Assembly: GCA_963668025.2 (NCBI GenBank)
Contig: CAXXTH010000019.1
Span: forward strand, 181,734 to 245,733
Direction: 5' to 3'
Origin: Candidatus Hydrogenedentota bacterium
GTDB taxonomy: Bacteria; Hydrogenedentota; Hydrogenedentia; Hydrogenedentales; SLHB01
DNA: 64,000 bases
Made by a program: the position numbers and the translations under genes. The notes beneath the pieces were generated by a model. It worked only from the letters and a program-made list of their open reading frames with translations, was not told where the DNA came from and did not search any database. Numbering within the stretch: the first letter of the stretch is position 1; each line of letters starts with the position of its first letter. Below are positions 8,399-17,200 of this stretch, in pieces.

Positions 8399-10423
8399 CT
8401 AGCCCATTTTCCGCAGTAAGGCCGTCTTTTTTCTGGTTTTGAGCGTCTTTTCGGCTGTAAGTCCTTTGTTGGTCTTGCGTGCTGGTAGGATTTCCGTGTA
8501 GTGGCGAAAACCCCCTTGTTACGCGGGCCAGCGCGTGAGATCATGAGTGCCAGTTGGGAGGCTCTGGCATCGTGTTTCTCAAGCCGAATCGGAAGACCTT
8601 CGATGGCGTGACCTACGAGTATTGGTCGCTCGTGGAGTCGGTGCGCACGGCGAATGGGCCGCGCCAGCGGACGGTGGCCACCATCGGGAAGCTGCCGGGC
8701 CTGGATGAGGAAGCGCGGGTGGGCTGGGAGCACATCGGGGAGATCCTCGATGGCCGGGTGCATCAGCGGGACTTGCTCGAAGTCGAGCCGGAACCGCCGG
8801 CGTGGGCGACGGTGGACACGTCTCGGGTGCGGGTGGAACGGTTACACCGTTTCGGCGAGGTCTACTTGGGGCTGGCGTTGTGGCGGCGGCTTAAGCTGGA
8901 TACGTTTTTCGACGAAGCCATGGCGCCAGGCCGCGAGGAGATCCCGTGGGGCGTAATGGCTTGTATCCTCACGTTGGCGCGGTTCTGCGCGCCGTCGTCG
9001 GAGTTGCACATCGCCGAGTCGTGGTATGGCAAGACGGCCTTGGAGGATATCCTCGACGTGGCGCCGGAGAAGGTGAATGAGGACCGTCTGTACCGGGCTC
9101 TCGACGCGCTGCTGCCCCACAAGGACGCGCTCTTCGGTCACTTCCAGAAGGTCTATGGCGAGCTGTTTGGCGCCACCTTCGACATCCTGCTCTACGACAT
9201 CACGTCGACGTACTTCGAGGGGCAGGCGGGGGACAACCCTCAAGCGAAACGAGGCTACTCCCGGGACAAGCGGCCCGATTGCGTGCAGGTCTGCATTGCG
9301 CTGGTGGCCACGCCGGAGGGACTTCCCCTGGCCTACGAGGTCTTCGACGGCAACCGCAGGGACGTGACCACGGTGGAGGAGATGGTGGAGGCCATGCGCA
9401 CGAAGTACGGCCACGAGCGCCGCACGTGGGTCATGGACCGCGGCATGGTGAGCGAGGACAACCTCGAGATGCTGCGCGAGGCCAAGGCGAGCTATCTCGT
9501 GGGCACGCCCAAAAGCATGCTCAAACAGTTCGAGCGTGACCTCTTGGAACAGGGTTGGGAGCAAGTGGAGCCCGAGGTGGAGGTGAAACTCCGCCCCTCG
9601 CCCGAGGACGAAGACGAGACCTTCGTGCTCTGTCGCTCGCGCGGCCGCATCGAAAAAGAACGGGCCATACGCGAGAAACAGCGCGTGAAGCTCGAGGCTG
9701 AACTCAACCGGCTCAAAGCGCGCATCGACGCCGGCACACGCGCCCTGCGCGACCGCGGCGCCGCTGAACGCCACGTGGGCCGGTGCTTCCAGAAGTACTC
9801 CCGCGCCGCCCGCTTCTTCCAAGTGGCCATCCGCGAACAAGACGACCCCAAACACAAAAGCGGCAAGCGCCTCGCCATCGCCATCACCCAAGACCCCGCC
9901 CATCGCGAATGGGCCGAACTTACCGACGGCTGCTACCTGCTGCGCACCAACCTCCAGAACCACGACCCAAAGCAACTCTGGAAAGCCTACATCGGCCTCA
10001 CGCAGATCGAGGACAGCTTTCGCATCAGCAAGCACGACCTCGGCCTCAGGCCCATCTTCCATCACAGAGAACGCCGGACCCAAGCACACATCCTCGTGTG
10101 CTTCCTTGCCCTCGTGATGTGGCGGACTCTCCAGCAATGGATGGACGGCGCCGGCCTCGGCGCCGCGCCCCGAAAACTCCTCGAAGAGATGGCCGAAGTC
10201 CGTTCCTTGGACGTGGTCTTGCCTACCGGCCAAGGCACAGAGTTACGCCTGCGCACCGTCAGCAAGCCCGAGCAGCGCCTCGCGCTCCTACTCCAGAAAC
10301 TCGACCTTCCCCTGCCCAATAAACCAAAGTCGATCCCAAATGTAGTGGCGAAAACCCGCCGAAATCTCCAATTTTCCTAGAAAACGCCAACCTCCTTTGC
10401 CTCAACTGCGGAAAATGGGCTAG
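8399..10423 (+). mobile_element. IS1634-family insertion sequence, apparently intact
   Basis: Perfect 19-bp IR ctagcccattttccgcagt (8399-8417) / actgcggaaaatgggctag (10405-10423); can equally be read as 15-bp TIRs plus a CTAG target duplication. Confidence 0.92.
8572..10380 (+). CDS. IS1634-family DDE transposase
   Basis: LYDITSTYFEG, GYSRDKRPD, VMDRGM, IEDSFRISK..LGLRPIFH; GTG start at 8572 after GGGAGG. Confidence 0.95.
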   Translation: MFLKPNRKTFDGVTYEYWSLVESVRTANGPRQRTVATIGKLPGLDEEARVGWEHIGEILDGRVHQRDLLEVEPEPPAWATVDTSRVRVERLHRFGEVYLGLALWRRLKLDTFFDEAMAPGREEIPWGVMACILTLARFCAPSSELHIAESWYGKTALEDILDVAPEKVNEDRLYRALDALLPHKDALFGHFQKVYGELFGATFDILLYDITSTYFEGQAGDNPQAKRGYSRDKRPDCVQVCIALVATPEGLPLAYEVFDGNRRDVTTVEEMVEAMRTKYGHERRTWVMDRGMVSEDNLEMLREAKASYLVGTPKSMLKQFERDLLEQGWEQVEPEVEVKLRPSPEDEDETFVLCRSRGRIEKERAIREKQRVKLEAELNRLKARIDAGTRALRDRGAAERHVGRCFQKYSRAARFFQVAIREQDDPKHKSGKRLAIAITQDPAHREWAELTDGCYLLRTNLQNHDPKQLWKAYIGLTQIEDSFRISKHDLGLRPIFHHRERRTQAHILVCFLALVMWRTLQQWMDGAGLGAAPRKLLEEMAEVRSLDVVLPTGQGTELRLRTVSKPEQRLALLLQKLDLPLPNKPKSIPNVVAKTRRNLQFS

Positions 10424-10482
10424 GTGACGAGGTAATGAAGATGTTTAGGGTGAGGTGAAGTAGATCCTGAAGGGGCAAAACT

Positions 10483-11433
10483 ATGTATAGTAGGTTACTT
10501 CATTCATCTGACCTTCCAGAATGTCTTTGGCAACCCGAGCAGGACTGCCTACATATTCCAGAAGTGATTTCGAAAATCTACGAACAAATGCTGGAGGAGA
10601 AGGAATTACTAGAACTTGCTCGTAACGACACTTCAACGGATGGACCTGTTGGTGGTGTAACAGAAGACGCTACAAACAAACACTTCGCAACTAGATTCTC
10701 GGCATCCGTCGCTAGAACGCAATTGACTATTCTTGATCCGAAAGAAGACTTGCGGAATGTCTCAGATTTGTTCATCCAAGCTTTTTCTGGTGGTACTATA
10801 AGCTTATTAGACATCCCATGTGGAGCAGGTGCGGCTTCAGCTTGTTTGTTAGGGACGATTGCAGCACTACGAGAAGCGCATGTTGTCCCGCGCCAGCCAC
10901 TAATAGTCAAGTTGCTCTGCGGCGATCTCTCCTGGTATGCACGAGACTACGCTGAAAACTTGATAGCAGGCATGCAGAATACTCTTAGGTGCCAAGCGAT
11001 ATTCGTTGAGGCACGCTTTACTCCGTGGAATGTGCTCGATCCCTTCAGCACAAGCGGTCTGCTCTATGATTGGATGGAATTCGCACGTGGATGCAGAGAG
11101 TATTTCATCGTAACTGCAAATTTTTCTGGATTCCTCCAGAAAGAGAATAAGCTTAATGAGGCTAAACCTCAGCTGTCAGAGGTTTTTCGATGGGCTGAGA
11201 AACGCCGGTCTACTGTGATGTGGCTTGAACCCAAAACAAACGAAGCCGTAGAAGGACTATGGCCCCGTGTTTTCAAATTGTTTAAAGGTATTCTTCCACC
11301 CCTTTTTAGATCAGACCGAAAAGACGACAAATGCCTTCTGTCTTCAGAATGTCGATACAGGCACCCAATAATTAGTAATTGTACTCCCAGGGTAAATCTG
11401 ACCCTAACACGTCTAGAAGTAAATGAAAAATGA
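10483..11433 (+). CDS. Class I SAM-dependent methyltransferase-like protein (RT-associated)
   Basis: Motif I LLDIPCGAGAAS, acidic beta2 end LLCGDLS, ANFSGF, MWLEP; stop codon overlaps the RT start (ATGA 11430-11433); low GC. Confidence 0.75.
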   Translation: MYSRLLHSSDLPECLWQPEQDCLHIPEVISKIYEQMLEEKELLELARNDTSTDGPVGGVTEDATNKHFATRFSASVARTQLTILDPKEDLRNVSDLFIQAFSGGTISLLDIPCGAGAASACLLGTIAALREAHVVPRQPLIVKLLCGDLSWYARDYAENLIAGMQNTLRCQAIFVEARFTPWNVLDPFSTSGLLYDWMEFARGCREYFIVTANFSGFLQKENKLNEAKPQLSEVFRWAEKRRSTVMWLEPKTNEAVEGLWPRVFKLFKGILPPLFRSDRKDDKCLLSSECRYRHPIISNCTPRVNLTLTRLEVNEK

Positions 11434-13148
11434 AAACTGCACCTGAAACAATAGCTGTTAAAGCAGTCAACCAATATCGTCGAAGAGACATAATCGGTTA
11501 CTTAGGATTGCGACTTTATCTAGACAATAGTTGTGCCCAACGAAACCTCTGGAGTCACAACGTAGCATGCCGTATCACTCTGCACAGCCCATCGCTCTAC
11601 CATTCGTCATCACATTTCAAAGAACAAGATGCTGATACAGGAGACATCAGGCATAGGCGAATATGCGTCCCTACTCCAAACGAGATACTTGCTGAGACTG
11701 CCTTGCTTGTAGAGCTGTCCTCCACATCTTGTCTTAAGAATACTAGTAGCTATAGTTACAAGCTTGCAGATGCGAGAGATCGTGTTGGTATTTTTGCCCC
11801 TTATTTTCTGGGATTTAGAGAACGGCACCGCGCAATAGCTCAAGCTGCGAAATCCCATAATGGCAACGTCGTTCTATATACGGATATCCACCGTTATTAT
11901 CCATCAATACGTGCTGAACTCGCACGGAAAGTATGGTCAGAAGTAGCCAAATCTGTGAACTTGTCTCAACGGTTCAGGGATCTAGGAAACAAACTTCTGG
12001 ACAACCAATCAACGGCTTGTTCAAGAGATGAAAATGGACTTCTAACAGGTCCCATGTTTTCTCATTTCATAGCCAATCGGGTACTTTTCGATGTCGACAA
12101 AAGAATGGAAGAATTGCTTCCAAACGGTTATTTTCGTTATGTGGATGATATTGCATTAGTAGGCCCTAAGAATCAGGTTCTAGACGCGGAGAAGCAACTA
12201 GAAAAACTTTTATCCGATTTGGGCCTATCTATGAACAAGGATAAGCGGCTTCTTATTTCGTCTTCTCATTGGCTTGAAGGAGAACATGATTTTTCAGGCG
12301 ATCCTAATAAGGTGTCCTGGAAGACTTTTATTGGGAAAATGAAACAGTTGCTCATCGCTCGCCCAAAATTGACAAATTCAATTACCAATCTTCTAACAGA
12401 TAATGGTTTCCGTCTAAAACCTTTAGATTACTCCGATGTCGTTAAGGAGCAACAGTATCAAAGTCGCTTGTTACTTCTGCTGAAAAATAATTGGTTTCGA
12501 GAATCTGTTCGAAATACCACTCCAGAGCTTATTTGTAAGGAGGGACTTGAATTACGCGCCCGATATCAAGAGAGTTTATTTGTGAATGCAAATGGAGCGG
12601 ACCAGCTTGAAGGATATAACCGAAAACGAAGAATCTACCAGCTTCGACGATACGCCTCTCGCCTGATTTATTTGGCTGATCCAGGAGAACTACGAAACAT
12701 CGTACAAGCTTTGGAACAGATACCAGAAATGAGGCTTTTCACAGAAATATTCCGCGCTATCGATTCACACGACGCAAGCCGTGTTGTCCAGTACGGCGCA
12801 AATGCTGCCCATGGTCTTGCTCAGGCTCTTCTTTCGTCTAAAATGAGTGTTTCCTGTTCGACACAAAACTGGACAGACGCAGCTCGACAGGCATATTCAA
12901 TCTTGGTTGCACACGGACTGTGTGTTGAAGGTAATAAGCCTGAAAATCCATCTGATATGGAATGTTTCTGCGATTGGGATAAATACTCCCATGATATTAG
13001 GGAAACGCCCGATAGCTATTTCAACGAGATATCTTGTTTACATGGTTTTGGCTCTAGGCGAAGGCATGAAGACTGTCTGCTAAGGGCATTTGATGCAAAC
13101 GAGGATATTATTAATGACATAGAGAGCGTACTAGAGCAGTCATATTAG
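11430..13148 (+). CDS. Reverse transcriptase, UG/Abi (DRT-like) type, with a long C-terminal extension
   Basis: VLYTDIHRYYPSI, GLLTGPMFSHFIAN, YFRYVDDIALV, LGLSMNKDK; no maturase/HNH, no retron NAxxH/VTG; about 290 extra C-terminal residues. Confidence 0.92.
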   Translation: MKTAPETIAVKAVNQYRRRDIIGYLGLRLYLDNSCAQRNLWSHNVACRITLHSPSLYHSSSHFKEQDADTGDIRHRRICVPTPNEILAETALLVELSSTSCLKNTSSYSYKLADARDRVGIFAPYFLGFRERHRAIAQAAKSHNGNVVLYTDIHRYYPSIRAELARKVWSEVAKSVNLSQRFRDLGNKLLDNQSTACSRDENGLLTGPMFSHFIANRVLFDVDKRMEELLPNGYFRYVDDIALVGPKNQVLDAEKQLEKLLSDLGLSMNKDKRLLISSSHWLEGEHDFSGDPNKVSWKTFIGKMKQLLIARPKLTNSITNLLTDNGFRLKPLDYSDVVKEQQYQSRLLLLLKNNWFRESVRNTTPELICKEGLELRARYQESLFVNANGADQLEGYNRKRRIYQLRRYASRLIYLADPGELRNIVQALEQIPEMRLFTEIFRAIDSHDASRVVQYGANAAHGLAQALLSSKMSVSCSTQNWTDAARQAYSILVAHGLCVEGNKPENPSDMECFCDWDKYSHDIRETPDSYFNEISCLHGFGSRRRHEDCLLRAFDANEDIINDIESVLEQSY

Positions 13149-13561
13149 ATATTTTGTACTAGAGATTCTCATACAGCCATATGCCGAATCTTAGAACCAC
13201 TTTCTCCGAGAAAAAACGGCAAACCTTGACGACAACAGCATCGGACACCATAGCGTTTGAGTTTTTCTTCAGCCGCTTAGGGTTTCTTGTAAAAATTGGA
13301 GATTGGATTCGGTTTTGACGAGAAGTGTTAATGGAGTCTCGACTATGCCCCAATCCTTCTCTCTGGCGTTGAATGGAGATGCTTAGGCAGCGTCAGTAAA
13401 TAAGCTTTTCATTAACTATTTTATAAGGCGCTTGATCACGGCGCTTCTCGATGATCATTGCTAACCTTATTTGTGTATGCCGCCTTAGTTCAAAGCCGAC
13501 AGCATTACCCGGAGCATCTGTTCGAGCTTGTCCTGGGGCGAACTATCGGCGGTTTCCATCG

Positions 13562-13924
13562 TCACAACCTTTCCATGGCCTTTGCGGCTGCCTCGGCGGA
13601 GATTTCACCACGTTCCAGTTTATTCAGAATGGCGCGCTTGGCTTCCTCGTTCTTATGGAGCTTCTGATAGGATTCGATGATATGGTCCAAACGGTTTCGG
13701 ATGGCGACGTATCCCAAGCCGGATTCTTCGGCCAGCGCCTTGATGCTGAAACCGGCCAAGAGGTAACGTTCGAGAAATTCCAGGTCTTCACTGGGCATGC
13801 GGGAAAACTGTGTCAGCCGGAACCGCCCCCGGATTTCCATCTCGCATTGGTCGCAATACATCGCCACGGTGCGCATGGAACCGCCGCAATAGGGGCACTC
13901 TAGTTTTTTTCGTGTGGGTTCCAT
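13562..13924 (-). CDS. DUF2089 family protein (Zn ribbon + HTH)
   Basis: CPYCGG...CDQC, IRGRF, SIKALAEESGLGYVAIRNRLD, ILNKLERGEISAEAA. Confidence 0.85.
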   Translation of the reverse strand: MEPTRKKLECPYCGGSMRTVAMYCDQCEMEIRGRFRLTQFSRMPSEDLEFLERYLLAGFSIKALAEESGLGYVAIRNRLDHIIESYQKLHKNEEAKRAILNKLERGEISAEAAAKAMERL

Positions 13925-13930
13925 GAAAAA

Positions 13931-13959
13931 AGTATATACCAAACCGGATATTATGTCAA
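13931..13959 (-). promoter_or_regulatory. Sigma70 promoter of the DUF2089 gene (probably leaderless mRNA)
   Basis: TTGACA (13959-13954), 17 nt, TATACT (13936-13931), 6 nt, ATG (13924). Confidence 0.7.
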
Positions 13960-14208
13960 ATATATTTTTGGTATTTTGATAATAACCAAAATTTATTTAA
14001 AAACCGAGACGGCTTTTTCATGCCACTGAACGAAAAAAACAGGCTTCCATCCCGAAAGAAAATAGGAAAGCGCCGGCACTCCACGAAAACACAATACTCT
14101 TGCTCTTCAGATGGCCAGCCTGTTGCTCCTTTTTAAAATGCAATGCAACGGGAACTGTCCATCGTGGTATTATAGAGGCACGGCGCAGGTTAGCCAGGCA
14201 CTAGGGCA

Positions 14209-17200
14209 ATGCAACCGAGTGGGGTACGCACCATGTTTTCCAGGATTCTCTCCCGCAATCGTCTTTGGTCCGTTCTATCATTGGCGGCCATTTGCTTATG
14301 CGCCGCTCTTGCTTTGCTGGAGGCGAAACGGCCTTCTTACGCCCAGGAGGCTTCCCCCGCTCCGCCTGTGGAAGCGGCTGCTCCAGCTCCAGCCCCAACG
14401 CCTCCTCAAGGCGGCCCGTACTTGAATGTAGTAGGCGCGGTGCCGTTACCGGGGGATTGGCTTACGAACAAGATCATCGTGTTTTTCGACCAACCCATCC
14501 AGGCGCCCGGCGGGCCTTCATCCGTGCTGCTCGGTCCGGGCCTGCCCGCGGAATGTCTCATCGGAAGCAATTACGTGCGGGTTCAGTCGTCCCGCATACC
14601 GTCGGATCGTGTTGTGCAACTTGATCTCAGCGGCGTGCAATCAGCGGATGGCAAGCCCATCAATCCCGAACAGAAGATACAAACGTTTGCCGCCTTTGTG
14701 TTTGCCCCGCAACAGGTATTTTTTGTCCAGCGTCAAAATGGCCAGATCGAGATGGGTATGGCTTTTCCTACGGAGGTTAGAGCAGATGAGGTGCAAGCCC
14801 ATCTCCGCGCTATGGACGCCAAGGAGCAGCCGGTTCCATTCACCGTGTCACCCGGCAAAGACGCAAAAATCGTACAAATCTCCGTGCCTGAAACCACGGC
14901 ATGGCCGCTGCAATTGATTGTCAGCGCAGGCCTCAAGGACGCCTCGGGGTTCATAGCGCTCGCGGATGAACACACTTTTTCGTATATGCCTTCCACGGAT
15001 TTGGCCGTGTCCAAAGTCGAATGGGGAACCTTCAGCCCAGAACGCCAAGATCTCCACATCTATTTTTCGTCCCCGGTCTTGCCGGACGCCTTGAAAGAGC
15101 ATTTGTCTATCACCGATGCCAATAGTGGCGAAGAAGTGGGATATGAACTCGATAACACGGAAGCATCGAGCGATCTGGTGATTGGCGTACATGTATCGGG
15201 CCAGGCGCAAGCGCAGATCACGGTAAATATCTCGCAAGGGCTCGAAAGCACGGACGGGATGGCCTTGGGTGCGGATTATACCGCGAATCTTGCAGGCCCC
15301 GAGAACCGATTAGCGATCCAGAACTATTGGTGGAATTATCCCGAGCGTGAAGGGCTGGCGTTGTATCTCCAGCTCAGCCAGCGCGTGGAGGCAAACCAGC
15401 TTAGGCAATATATAGCGGTCGAACCGGCCATCGAAAACCTGCGCGTCGAGTCCGAAGGGTACAATTCCTACATGGTGTATGGCGATTGGAAGCCGCAACA
15501 GGCCTACACCATCACCGTCAAGGCCGGGCTGCCGTATTGGGGCGGCCAAACCCTCGATTCCGACCAAAAGGCGGCTATCAAAACGGAACGCCTGCCCGCT
15601 TATATGGGTTTCGGGTATAAAGACCAATATTACTTCCCCCGGAAAGCGGGCATGCCGCTAGACATGGAAAGCAGGGGCGTTTCCAAAGTGAAGCTTACCC
15701 TCTACCGGCTGTTCCCCTCGAATCTGCCTGCTGCCGTGGAAGATATTAATAGTGGTAATGGAAGCTGGCGGTTCACTACCCAGTTTTGCGAGCAATTAGC
15801 GCAGACCGAGATGCCGGTGGCGAATGATCCCAGTTCGCTCGTAAAGACTCCCATTGATATCAGCGCGATGAATCTCAATAACACACGCGGGGTGTTCTGC
15901 CTCGAAGCAGAGGGTAAAGTCAGCCAGTCCGGTGAAGAAGATGAAGGCTCGCGTTCCGGCACGAAGATCATCGTATGGACGGATATCGGCGTGCTGGCCC
16001 ACTGGCAGAACCAGGAGTTGGCGCTTTTTGCCCATGACCTGTATTCGCTGGCGCCCATCGCCCGCGCGAAGGTGACAGTGTATTCCGCAAAGAACCAGGT
16101 ATTAGCCGAATGGACGACCGACGAGCAGGGCATGGCCTATCTTTCCGGCTTCAATCCCTCGCTGGGTGCGCCCGCCTTGGCCGTGGTCGAACACGAACAG
16201 GATTTCACTTTCCTTCCGCTACAACACAACGCCGATGACCCCGTGGCCTACGACGAAGGGCAGCCGTTCTATGATGCAAAAGGCTACGACGCTTTCATCT
16301 ATGCCGACCGAGAATTGTATCGTCCCGGCGAAACAGCCCACGTGCATTGGGTCGTACGCCAACGCTACGGCGACGCCGTGGGGGCGCTCCCCTTGCAGAT
16401 GCGCATTCTCAAGCCCAATGGCCGCAAACTCCTGGAACAGGCCGTCATGCTCTCGGACACGGGCACGGGCGGTTTCGATTTCGTCTCGCAGCGCGCCTAC
16501 CCGACAGGCAAATATACAGCGCAGCTTCTCTTGCCCGGGAAAGACAATCCCATCGGCAGCTATACGTTCAGCCTAGAAGATTTCGTGCCCAACCGCATCA
16601 AGGTGAAGCTCAACGCCTCCGAAGCGCCGCTCCGAGCCGGGCAGCCCGAGCAGGTGAGCCTCAACGCCCAGCACCTCTTCGGCGCGCCTGCGGCGGACCG
16701 CAAGTGCGAACTCAAGATCGCCTTGCAGCGCAAAGGCTTTAAGTCAAAACAGTGGGAAGCGTTCCGCTTTGACAACGATGCTGACTTTAAACCGGACATC
16801 GTGGACCTCGGCCAGCAGACCACTGATGCCGAAGGCAACGCAACCTTCGATTTCACCTACCAAGCCCCGGCGGAGGCCACCAGCCCGCTGATGGCGTCCT
16901 TAGTGGGGCGCGTGTTCGAGTTGGGCGGGCGCTCCGTAGGCGACGCCGCCCAGCGGGTGCTGTTCCCGTCGGACATCGCCCTCGGTATAAACGCAGCCGC
17001 AGCCGCACAAGGGCAAGGCGTGGATGTGCAGGTCGTGGCCATCCAGCCCGACGAATCGCCAGCGGCGCTTGACAAGGTGACGGTGCGCCTCGAAAAACAG
17101 TCGTGGAACTATTATGTCCGGCGCTATTACGGCCACCACGAGTCGAATTGGTCGGAAAGCTTCGAGACCGTAGACACGAAAGAAGCGCCGCTCACCAATG

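Noticed and set aside
10483-11433. Restriction-modification DNA methyltransferase
   Set aside because: Lacks DPPY/NPPY/SPPY and the 5mC FxGxG + PC/ENV layout; no endonuclease neighbour
11430-13148. RT as a group II intron, retron or DGR RT
   Set aside because: No maturase/HNH domain or recognisable intron domain V; no NAxxH/VTG motifs or long a1/a2 inverted repeats; no avd gene or TR/VR pair
13200-13400. Integron attC site downstream of the RT
   Set aside because: No convincing RYYYAAC...GTTRRRY pairing with L boxes; no integrase
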